DNA of 64,000 bases. It comes from Thalia democratica (Eukaryota). Below, one piece after another: positions 18,408 through 29,263 of this stretch; position 1 is the first letter of the stretch, and each line of letters begins with the position of its first letter. A program made the position numbers and the translations under genes. The notes beneath the pieces were generated by a model, which was given only the letters and a program-made list of their open reading frames with translations, had not been told where the DNA came from and searched no databases. The stretch spans positions 55,242,001-55,306,000 of the forward strand of contig OZ241827.1 of assembly GCA_965202585.1 (NCBI GenBank), given 5' to 3'.

Positions 18408-20139
18408 GCCTTTTGTTTGAGTATGATTTCAAACTTGAATTAATCTAGGAGTTAAAAAAAGTTTTATATGAAATTAACTCCACATGTAAAAATAATAAAC
18501 TTGTTTACGATTCAAAGTAAAATAAAATCTCGCATATTTAGATCACATTTAATCGTTTGAGTTAAGAACTGTAGTTTTTCAATTTAGAACCAAAGTTATT
18601 ATATAAATAGTAACATTTTAATGTACAATTATTAGGCAAGTGATTTTATGTAAAATAAATCAATTTGAAAAACTTACAATTGATAAGATACAAATCTATT
18701 CTTTGTTTTACTTAAATTTACAATTATTTTCCAACTTGATTGCTAACTTTTATTTTTAGCATTAAATTTATCAGTAAAATAAAAGGTATTCATTTTTTAA
18801 ATTAAGCCATAAATCTTAAAGTAAGCAATATAGGAAATTTACCTTGAGAATTATAGGACAAAATACTTATGTCATTCAACTAAATCTTTACTAAAATCAG
18901 TAAAACTTAACTTTGAAATTTAAATCCTATATATTTATTCATGATATTGATAACAAAAATGTACAAAAGTTAGGGTATAAGGGGTAAATCACTTTTCGTT
19001 TAAGGTTAGTCTTATTTATACATTGGCAATTAATATGCAACCAGTGTTGCTTATCAAAATTTGAATTAACTTTTTAGATTTAAGCAATTAAAGTAAAAGA
19101 ATAATTAGATAAAACTTCAATGTTATACTAAGTTAATACTAAGTGAAAAATAAAAAGTGTAAAGGATTGCTTAACTAAAAATATATCTATTCTTAAAGGT
19201 TATAAGCAGTCGTATTAAATTTTTTCAGTCTTATCATTTATTACAATAAACAAAAACTTAGAGAAATAAACTTTTATATCTTTTTCAAATTTTTTAAAAC
19301 TAAAAATGAACTATTCCGAGAACTAATTAATAATAAAACAAGCGACAATTCCTATAAATTTCAGGTAAAAATTTAAAAGCGTAAAGGATAGTTTTCATTA
19401 TTTTTATTGAAGTTCTAAGGAATTCTTTTTCATACATTTTAAAGAACAGACTGTAATTATAATTTCGATTAAAATATCTATACTATATGTCAAGTAATTA
19501 TAATACCTTAAACCTTAAAAATAAAATTCAATGTTTACAGTTTATTAATTTATATATAAAAATAATGACTTTACTGATGTAAAATAATTCGAACTTAAAT
19601 ATTAAGTTTTTTTTTCTTTTAGTTACATAATAAATCTGTAATAAGAAACATATAATAGTGATATCTAAAACTTTTTTTATTTCTTTACATAAAACTTTAT
19701 CTTAACTTAAAACTTAATTTTTACAACTTTTTAATCTCACCATACAGAAAAGTTTACAACATATAACTACAATATTTCGTTCTATAGTTAAAATTAGTTC
19801 AATAAAATTTTAACAGCTTTTTAGCTATAATTAATTGTTTGAAAATTTAAAATATTAAACACATACTACATACAAAACTATGGTATCAATATCTTTATTT
19901 TATTTTACGTTGATAGCAATACTACACAAATACAAGGAAATCAGAAAGTGACTGATAATACATAGTAACACTAAAAAAACAGTAAAAAGTTGAACAACAA
20001 AACAACATTGTAATATTTTAAGCACACTGAAACCCTTTTGCTTTTGAATGTGTTTTGAGTTTGTGTTAGAATTCTGATTATTACAAGAATCAACTCTATT
20101 GACATGAGACAGCCATGAGAGAAGAAAGCCTAGGGTTTC

Positions 20140-20570
20140 AAAGACTATTAACTTCATCACAAGCTTTTGTGTTTTCATTGTCTACCCAATCCTTAAGCGC
20201 ATCAACAAGAGTGTCAGTTCTCCTGTCCTTCAGCTAATTAGTTTTTAATTTCCCAAAAAATACCTCGGAGTCTTGTAAAGGTTCAGCAAACAATGTTGTT
20301 TTTTGATATTTTGTTGTAGGTTTCCATTCTGCATCAGCTAATTTCTCCGCATCTTCTCCCAACAACTTGTATCGCCCTCGAGTTCATCCATTCTGTCTTT
20401 GCTGAATTGTTTTTTATGCTTTTTACAGCAATTTTTGGAGTCCGTTGGTTCCTCACAAAGTCAAGTGAAAGAGTTGCATTGTGAGTTTTGCGGTGTTTCA
20501 ACCACTTTCTTGTTATCTTTTTCACTTGCCAGAAGTTTGAATAACTCTACTTCATTGATCATAACCTAAA
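20140..20570 (-). pseudogene. Decayed coding remnant of unknown origin, possibly from a transposon
   Basis: GC-richer stretch translating with stops and frameshifts: MINEVELFKLLASEK...RGRYKLLGEDAEKLADAEWKPTTKYQKTTLFAEPLQDSEVFFGKLKTN*LKDRRTDTLVDALKDWVDNENTK. Confidence 0.35.
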
Positions 20571-21503
20571 ACTTATAGAAAACAACCTGTTAGATGAAAA
20601 GATACTTATTTATAACTTAAAAAAATTGTATTGTTTTATACACATTTAATTTTATTTTAATAGCTTTATAACTGTATTGATCAAAAACTAAACACTTAAA
20701 GAATAAAAAAAATTGTTTTTTAGCTGTGAAAACTAGTGAAGTAACTTAAGCAATAGTTTATAGCTGATATACAATATATATGGGGTTAAAAAAGGTTGCG
20801 CAATTCAGAATATAAAATTCAAATTCTAATATTTCTAAGTTAAAATTAATTATATTTTTATTTTTTAAACAATTTCAATCTTTTTTATTAGACCTACACG
20901 AACATTTATTTTGGCCCTTTAAACTTTTTTACCAGAATCAAAATTGTCAGAAATAGAACTGTTGTAATTTGAATTGTCATGTAACCCAGGTTTACTGGTA
21001 TTGGCCATTAAAAATTCAAAATCTCCTTCAACTTGTAGTATGCAAATTACTGGGTTAAAAACTAACCTAAGAGGGGTGAGACGTGACTAGCTAAGGAGCC
21101 ATATGGGGGTACTTAGATAGAATCAAAAGAAAATCAAAAACTACACTAGATACCCTGGGGTTTGTAATAAAACAGCAAAAAAGGTCTTAATTATATTTAA
21201 CAAGAAATGTGAAAGCTACACTAGATATTGTTATACTTAAAGAGAAAATCAAAATTACAAGATATTCTCAGGTTGGTAATGAGTAGGAACAATCATTTCT
21301 TAATTTTCTGAAAAAGTTTATGAAAATGAGTCCAGGAAACCCTGTTTTATGGTTAACTCATTTTTATAAAAACTTACACTGACTGCTAAATGAAAGTGTA
21401 AGTTACAAGTTAGTTATAAGGTAACAAAGTTTAAATTAACTTTTAAGATATGAAAAAATTCAAAAAGTTTTGGCTTTTTGAGTTTTCTGTCTACTTTATT
21501 AGG

Positions 21504-21995
21504 GTTGATCATGCCAATTCCTTAATAAGGACGAAACCGGTCTCAGTCTACCGAAACTTGTGGTCTGATGATCGAATTGGCATGATCAGCCCTTTTGTTA
21601 AATTTGAGCTTGTCTCACGGCAAACGAAAGTCCGGACTTGTTCTGCAGACTTTCGCCGATTTTGTTGATTGTACTAAAACGAGCGTACCAGATGTCTTGC
21701 CTAGTGGACAATGTTTTAAACGTTGCACGGCAAAGACAATGCTGATCACTAATCATTGCCAGCAAATGGTTGCTTCATGCGAAAGCATGATAAACCGTTT
21801 GTAGATTGACGACTACAAGTTTTTCGGTTGTGACTGACTGATGAGTCCTAATAAGGACGAAACCGGTCTCAGTCTACCGAAACTTGTGGTCTGATGATTG
21901 AATTGGCATGATCAACCCTTTTGTTAAATTTGAACTTGTCTCACGGCAAACGAAAGTCCGGACTTGTTCTGCAGACTTTTGCCGATTTTGTTGAT
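21504..21995 (+). mobile_element. Retrozyme-like non-autonomous retroelement: about 1.45 tandem copies of a 326-nt hammerhead unit with 5' inversion and TSD
   Basis: Direct repeat with period 326 (21520-~21669 vs 21846-~21995). 21502-21520 is the exact reverse complement of 21900-21918. Flanks are TCTACTTTATTAGG (21490-21503) and TCTACTTCATTAGG (21996-22009), 13/14 identical. An intact HHR lies at the unit junction. Confidence 0.85.
21832..21874 (+). ncRNA. Intact minimal type I hammerhead ribozyme
   Basis: GACTGA-CTGATGA-GTCCT(AATA)AGGAC-GAA-ACCGGT-C-TCAGTC: perfect 6-bp stem I, perfect 5-bp stem II, palindromic stem III, GTC cleavage after C21868. Stem I extends further (CGGT/ACCG, GACTACAAG/CTTGTGGTC). 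Confidence 0.93.
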
Positions 21996-22956
21996 TCTAC
22001 TTCATTAGGAAATTAAAAATTACTATAAACGGGTCTACTTTTTATTTTTCGAGCTAAAAACCACAAATTTATAAGAATTATTTTTAATAGTTTTAAAGAT
22101 TCAATTTGTTCTACTTTAAACTAAAATTTATTAAATGTATTTAGAGAATTTAAAAAAAAAGGATAGTCATTTAATAACATTTTTTTTTGAAGTTAATAAA
22201 ATAATTTTTGTTATTTATTGAAACATGAGTGATGAAAAGTAATAACAGGTTTATATTTAAACAGTCTTATTTAGTTTTTAGATTGTGCCTTCAATATGAA
22301 GCTTATTAAAATCACTTTTAATTGGACTTGTATATTTATTTTCCAATTCTTATTAAATTATATACAACAATCTTGATCACTAGTATCAAAAGGAAATTAA
22401 ATAATGGCATTGTTTTCTTTTTTAAATAACTTGCCTACTATACTACTATTTGTTATAGAGTATAGGACATTTATTTGAATCCCTACGCAATGACCTCCAA
22501 AGTGAAAACATTTCTAATTATAAGCCAGATTTATAAGAATAAACCTTTTCGTGTCTGGTCTTTTTAAATTTATAACAAAGTGCTTCAATGTTATTTATTT
22601 TAAACAAAAAAAAATGTAATCAAATTTTTAGAAAAAAATTAAATAAGTTAATACCATCCATGACAAAGTAAGTTAGTTAGAATTATTTGACAGACAGTAA
22701 ATTAGATAAACAAAAAACGAATTGAAAATGGTAACAATATAATACATATATTCAGCAAATCTTTAAACCTGTTCAAGTCAAAAGTTATTTTGATATAAAG
22801 CTTACACTGACTTGTTCATATGCTGAAATATTTCAAAACCTACAAAATAGACTTTTTATCACCTTAGTCAGATTTAGTGCAAGTTCTTATAATTGCTTTA
22901 AATATACTCAGTTGCAGTTAAAGATGATTGTAACTATGAGTTGCTAAAGAATTATT

Positions 22957-23376
22957 CAGGCTTGTCAGAATAAGAACATTCTCAAAATGTAACCTGATTT
23001 GATAAAAAACATATTCTGAAAGACCAAAAACTGTTTTAGGTGACTTTAAACTGTCCTGAATCATACTGAGTTTTTTAATCTTTTAATAAATTAAAATTAA
23101 AATAACTTTTCAAAGTGAATTAAAATCAAGTTTCTAAAAAAAATTGGTTGTAAAACATCACAATATTGAAATTGGAACAACTAAATCTTATTCGAAATTT
23201 ATAAAACTGGAATGAGATTTTCAAAAAAGCTTTAAACTAATCTGAAATTAGAAAAAACTAGCCTGTGCCATACTGAGATTAAAATAGAATATACTTAGCT
23301 TGAGTTATCCTGATATTTAAAAAAAATTCAAACTCTTCTGAGTTATCCTGAGTATCCCAAGTGTGTGGCAAACCTG
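22957..23376. mobile_element. Diverged hAT-like MITE, family of 51052-51473
   Basis: CAGGCTTGTCA...GTGTGTGGCAAACCTG, 420 bp vs 422 bp for the better copy, with internal CCTGAGT/CTGAG repeats; no clean TSD. Confidence 0.55.
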
Positions 23377-23979
23377 TTATTGTAACTTTACAAGTTTAAT
23401 TAAAGTTGTTTTTTATATATTATTTATTGATTTATATTTTCAACATACTTCTTTGATGAAACCTTGGAAAGCACAAAAATAACAAACTTTTAAATAGAAA
23501 ACAAACTCTATATGAAAATAATTTTAAACATTAAGGCTATGGGGGGTAAATAAGTTTTTATACCATTTAAAAAAATCAAATTAACTTTTGAGACCTTAGA
23601 GATTAAAAATAGAGGCCAATAGTACTTTATGGAAGGTGCAAACTAAAAAGGCAAAAATAAACTATTTCACAAAAATCCATCTCCTCTTTCATATTTGAGC
23701 GTTTTTTTAACTTTCTCAGTCTAAATTTTATTTTAGTTTTAACAATTTGTAGGAAACAAATTTTCTATGTTTTTCTTAGTTTTTTTTTCTTTATTAAACA
23801 AACATTTTTTGTTCAACTTTGATTATATATTTTTCTAATACACTTTTTAAATTGTTTGTAATATCAAAAATAATGTTTCATAAGAGTTTGAAGTAAATTG
23901 CTTTTAAATATAGGGATGATATTGATTTTTAATGAACTTTTAAAATTTAAGAGAAAATCAGCCCTTATACATTTTTGTA

Positions 23980-24803
23980 CAGTGCTTTTTAACTTATCCG
24001 GACGCTCACTTATCTGGACAGTTTCAGTTGAGAGGAAAATTAAAAAAAAACTCAATATAAAACACAAACATCTTTGTGTGATATAAATATTTAAGCTTTC
24101 ATGCTGTAAAAAAAAGTTGAGTGATTTCATAATTTCTGCAATGTAGTTCATTATGATAACGTAATAATACTATTAAAGCTTACATTCAAACATTGTTCAA
24201 AACTAGTTTAGTTATCAAAAAATGTTGTATGTAAAGTCAGTTTTTAAAAGTTGTTTAAACAATGTTATTTAGAATATGAATTTAAGTCTTGTATTTAAAC
24301 TTTAAAAGTTTTTTTGACAGTTGTTTAAATTCTAAGTTGTTTTTTTAATGAACTTTTAACAGTTCTTTTATGTTTGATTTTGAATTTAAACTATATTATA
24401 AAAGTTGTTAATTCAAACACTTTTTGTTTAAGATGAGGTGCATGACAATTTATTTATAAGTTAAATAAGTTTGACACACTCAAAATACTAAATTTTTGAA
24501 GTAGAAAAGATATTAAAAAAAAACCAGTTATTAAGCATCGTAAAATAATAAAAAAACAATGTGCCAAAGTCTTTTATAATGTAACAGTTCAGCATATGCA
24601 GGTTTACTTTGTACAACAATTTGAAAAATGAAGAAAAGTTTAAAGCAGTAATAGGAGCTGAACTTTTATTATTACATTTCATAATATTCAGCAGTTATAT
24701 TAATAAATGAAAAAAAAAATTGTATTTATCTGGAAAAATTCTTATCCAGACATGTTTACAGAAAAGTCTTGCCCAACATTTCCGGATAAGTGAATAAGCA
24801 CTG
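23980..24803. mobile_element. Tc1-mariner/pogo-type MITE
   Basis: TA|CAGTGCTTTTTAACTTATCCGGA...TCCGGATAAGTGAATAAGCACTG|TA; 23-bp TIR (21/23), TA duplication, no coding capacity. Confidence 0.85.
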
Positions 24804-25069
24804 TACTATTAAGTTGCTTTAAAGTTTTTATATCTCAAAGATATTTGAAACTTTTTTGTTCTATAAAAAGTATGTTATAGTATATACTCAAAATTTTCAT
24901 ACAAGAGTCAATGTTTACTTTTGCATAAAAAGAGTTGGATCGCCCTATCTATGGCCTTAAAAACTTATACTTGGAAATTTGTTATAACTTTAATACTTAA
25001 AAGAACTTGATTTTTTTTGAAACTTTAAACTAGGTTACATTCTCCAAAAAAAAACAATGTAGTCATAGT

Positions 25070-25477
25070 GGGGACGGGTCAAATATGCACAAAGACACTT
25101 TTTCAAAAAAAGGTAATTTTCGCAGGAAGAGTCATTTTTGGACAAGAGTTTGAAAAAATTACTAACCAAGAATAAGGGTTAGGGGATAGAGTGATGGTAA
25201 AAAAAGGACAATGTATGAAATAATAATAAGAAAAAAAGTCACTGACCATGGGTTTGGGTAACACTGTTACAGTGATAGTTAAAAAAAAACAAAAAAGATG
25301 AAGAGAAAAAAAGTCACCAACTAAGGGTGACAGTGGTAGTAAAATAAATTATTAATAAAATAAAACATAAAAAGGTTTTAACTCAAGCAAAAGTGACCTC
25401 TAGTCTTTGTGCAAAATTGTCTTAATGCAAAACTTTCTATGTGCAAAAGTGTCCCTTTGTGCATATTTGATACCTAC
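25070..25477. mobile_element. Copy of the GG-ended MITE family (see 49984-50565)
   Basis: GGGGACGGGTCAAATATGCACAAAG...CTTTGTGCATATTTGA inverted ends, repeated GTGCAAAA motifs, central GGGTTAGGGG; TSD not clean. Confidence 0.65.
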
Positions 25478-25537
25478 ATAGTCAGATTATACTGAGTAAA
25501 AGGTTTGCCTTGTTAATCTGTTGCTAAAAATTAACTT

Positions 25538-25928
25538 CAGGGTTGAAAAACTAAAAATCATTGAGTCAAAAAAACTGTTCTTAGTGATTAAAAACTGTCT
25601 GACTGACTTTAAACTGTCCTGAATCATTCTGAGTTTGTTTAAATACTTAAATAGTTCTTTTTAACTTTTTAAAATCGATAAAAAATAAGTTTTTCAATAA
25701 GTATAAAAAACAATTAAACTAAATCTTATTAAAAAATATAGAAATAAAACTGTCCTGAAACTTTTCTTTATTCCTCAAACTATCCATAACTTTTGTTTGC
25801 TCTTTTAATAAATTTAACTGGCCTGATTCATTCTGAGTTTATTAATACATTTCAAATAATCCTGAGTTATGATGAAATTTTAAATATTTCAAACTGTCCT
25901 GAACAATCTTGAGTGGGTGAAAAGTCTG
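25538..25928. mobile_element. Strongly diverged copy related to 22957-23376 and 51052-51473
   Basis: Starts CAGGGTTG and shares AAACTGTCCTGAATCAT(A/T)CTGAGT and AACTAAATCTTATT blocks with the 23.0-23.3 kb copy. Confidence 0.45.
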
Positions 25929-28186
25929 AAAGATAAAAAATAAACAAAACTTGATAGCAGCTTTTCAAACTTAAAGTAGGGGTAGGGAGTACTGAGGTGA
26001 TTTTAACTGCATACATTGACTTGTTCGATTCTGATGTCATTTGGCTTATTTTAGAAACATCACTAATCAAAAAACTAATGTTATTTTTTAAGCTAGATAT
26101 TAAAGCTCACTACTTTCTCAAAGGCAGGAGTAGAACAGTTTTTTTTTAAAGTTTGTATTAACTTCCAGAATGTTATCAATTACTTGGTTTACTACGGTTT
26201 ACTTATCAGTGTGGTGACTATTTTTCAACTAATACTAGGCACAGATATTTTTGAGTTGTAGAACAACTGACATAAGCTACCTTTAATAAACATTTTCATT
26301 GTTTGAACAGCAGTTTACCAGTTAAAATTATTTACTTTATCATAAATAAACTTTAAGTTTACTTTTATAAGATTAAGTTTTCTTTTAAAGTTTTGTGAAA
26401 ATTTCTTTGAGTTTATAGCATCTATAGTTACACAATGAAATTCATTTGATACACACAATAAACTTAATGCAGGATCAGTTCTTAAGTAGATTAATAAAAT
26501 AGAATAATCTATCATGGCTTTACCAAATGCTTTCAAAAGTTTTATTTTAACTTAGTAGTTTTACTATAAAAAACTCACTAAGTTTAAAATGTCCCTTATA
26601 TGCAAAATAAACAACAAACAATTTAAAACTAGTAAAATATGTTGTCTTAACTCTAGTTCTAGTGTATTAAAAATATTAACTGAAACTGTTATCCTTAGGT
26701 TTTTGGTGCGTAATTTATTGTTTTTAAATGAAAATAACAGAAATTTTAAAGTAAGATAAAGTGTTAACTTAATAAATTTAAATGACTTAGATTAAGAGAA
26801 ATCTATATAATAAACTTCAAATCATAATACATGTAAATCAAACAAAAAAATCAAAACAGCAATATGGCAAGAAAACTTGGTGTGTTTAAGTAATAAAAAT
26901 TAGTATCTATTGTAAAAATCAAAAAATATTTTTGACTAAAGTAGTTTTGCACGAATTTTGAACACTTTGTTGATAGTAATTTTTTTCTGATTAAGAAATG
27001 CTTTTATAGTAATTTTTTTCTATTATTAACTTATATAAACAAAAAAAAAGTAAGACAGTTTAAGTTTTTTTTTTAAACCTAACTCAACAATTATAAAATA
27101 TCTAAAAAAATTCTATCAAATTGTCTGTTTCAAGTAAAAAAAACTAAGTTGTGTTTTTTTAAATTATGTCTTTGTAAAAAAGCTTTGAAAAAATAATTAA
27201 TACAAATTTAAAATAAGTCAAACATATGTTTCAGTTTATGATACTTAACCATTTTGTGTTAATTTCTGGTAAAGTTTTCAAAATATAAATGTAATACTAA
27301 AAAAAACAAGCCGCTTCGTTACTTTGTACAAAAGATTTTTATACTTGCAATTAGCTTTTTTCTTAAGTTCAATAATAATACTAATTGGAAACGTTATTAT
27401 TTAACATGTTGACAGTTGACACCAAACACAAAAAGAAACTGTAATAATAAAGAGGGTGAATTTTTTCAAAACACACTGTATTAATAAATAAGTAACTCGT
27501 TTCAAATAATGCATTAAAAATTTTGTTAAGAATTTTTCTATAGAACTGCAGATACTGATTATAGCCCTAAACCAGTACACTGCAGCTACAATATAAATTA
27601 TTCAAGCTTTTTGTACAACCAGGATAGTTTCTTGAAAACAACCTCAATGAATTGGCTAAAGTAAAATTTAGATCGCAATTGACATGTTTTTATTATTAAG
27701 GACAGCTTTATTTTTGTTTTTAACCCTTCTAACTAACTTAAGTAAAACTAACGACGTCTAAAATTTATAATTAATTAGGAAACACTAAAAAATCTGTTTT
27801 GAAATAATTAATAAGTTTAATACAAATTTTTGAATCCGTAGTTTATGAATTATAACTTAAAATCAAAAAAGTAATATTTTCTTAAGTGGGATTTATTAAG
27901 TTATTATATACAGACCAACTTTTGATTCAAAAGTCAGATCCCATTTTCTTTAATAGAAACTAATAGTTAAAACACTAGACATGTTATATATCGAAATAAA
28001 ACTAAACTTTCCGATTTTTCTGAAATTGTTTCCGTTTATTAGAAAAAGGTATTTTCGACAAACTTACTTTACAGTACATACAATTTAAACGAGCATATAA
28101 TCGAAATATATAACACTAAACTCCCCTTGCTTTAAATATTACATACCTATTTTTCATATAGAACCTCTTTTTCTAATAGTGTATTT

Positions 28187-29263
28187 TCAAAAAAAAAGTA
28201 ACAGTTGTGATTCTTTACAAACAAAAATTCTTTTCAATTTATCAATTGTTGTACAATCTCCTTCCTCCGTAAAAAGCTGCTCCTGCTGCAGTACCCACCG
28301 CAAAAAAAAAGTCCCCAAAAATTTTCTCACTTTTCTCACTTTCAACCCAACCCTGTCTCTAATCGTCAATTCCTCCTTACCTTTCCACCCGTCGATCCAA
28401 TGAAGTATGTTTCCGATCAGCAGCCCACTACCCGGAGCGCCAGAGGAGCATTTTCTCCTAATGTCATCGCATCCGAACGCGTGAATTGCGACGACGGCGC
28501 CTTCCAGAGGGGATTCCCCTTCGCCGAGAGCGCACGTGATTGGAGCACCAGAGTCGCCCTTGCCCGTCATCGCGCACCTTCCCGACTGGCAGCCGTAGCA
28601 GAGGTGATGGTGCGAGCTGTGGGGAAACTTGCACTTTTCGTGCGGCAAGACCTCGACCTCGCCCTGCATGGCGCGATCCGGTTTCGATTCGGGGAATTCC
28701 AGTTTTTCGTCCCACGGGTTCTCCCCCATTTTGACGACGACCTCGTATTGGGAAGTCCCCCATCCCGCAACGACGCATTTCGCGCCAACCGGCACGACTT
28801 CGCCGGGAAGGAGAAATTTTTGTGCTTGCTCGACCGTGTCGCTTTCTTTCAGCGGCTCCCTGAGGAAGACCAAAGCGGCGTCGTGCCTCCGGTCCTTGTC
28901 GGGGAGGTACTTCTCGTGCACGACCACGTCCTTCGTTTCCACCTTCCGGCGCTGAGCGTTTTCTCTCACGTCGTTTTTGTCCTTGGTCCCCGCCACCACG
29001 AGAATATTGTACGGGGAATACTCGAGGGAGTTTTCATGGTACACGTCGAAGTTGTGGGCTGCGGTCAGGATCCACCTCATGTTTATTATCAAACCCCCGC
29101 CTGTATATTCCACTTCGTTCCCGCTCTTTTTGTTCAATGAATCGACCCGGATGTAGACCAGGTATTTCAGCTTGCCGGCGTCGGCTGGTTCGCCTTCGAG
29201 TACTTGAGCCGTTGTTGAATAAATTGTCGCAAGCAAAATAAACAAACTATACGTTGAACACAT
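28187..29263 (-). CDS. Secreted intronless trypsin-fold (S1) serine protease with intact His-Asp-Ser triad and a C-terminal extension
   Basis: Likely start MCSTYSLFILLATIYSTTA at 29263 (signal peptide), then QVLEGEPA, WILTAAHNF, HDAALVFL, CVVAGWG, GKGDSGAPITC. The ORF track also allows an upstream ATG at 29305. Confidence 0.88.
   Translation of the reverse strand: MCSTYSLFILLATIYSTTAQVLEGEPADAGKLKYLVYIRVDSLNKKSGNEVEYTGGGLIINMRWILTAAHNFDVYHENSLEYSPYNILVVAGTKDKNDVRENAQRRKVETKDVVVHEKYLPDKDRRHDAALVFLREPLKESDTVEQAQKFLLPGEVVPVGAKCVVAGWGTSQYEVVVKMGENPWDEKLEFPESKPDRAMQGEVEVLPHEKCKFPHSSHHHLCYGCQSGRCAMTGKGDSGAPITCALGEGESPLEGAVVAIHAFGCDDIRRKCSSGAPGSGLLIGNILHWIDGWKGKEELTIRDRVGLKVRKVRKFLGTFFLRWVLQQEQLFTEEGDCTTIDKLKRIFVCKESQLLLFF

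Noticed and set aside
17241-18443. 400-aa plus-strand ORF opposite the amidohydrolase
   Set aside because: Shadow ORF: GC3-rich coding suppresses stops on the antisense strand; no recognisable motifs.
20987-21344. Possible hAT MITE CAGGTTTAC...GGAAACCCTG
   Set aside because: TIR match is weak and the flanks do not form a TSD; only the internal similarity to 47293-47430 is noted.
21565-21645. Second CTGATGA and GAA-AGTCCGGACT palindrome inside the 326-nt unit, as a second ribozyme
   Set aside because: No stem II closes between them and stem I does not pair; the elements fit other helices of the fold.
28400-29140. 246-aa plus-strand ORF opposite the second protease
   Set aside because: Antisense shadow of a GC-rich CDS.
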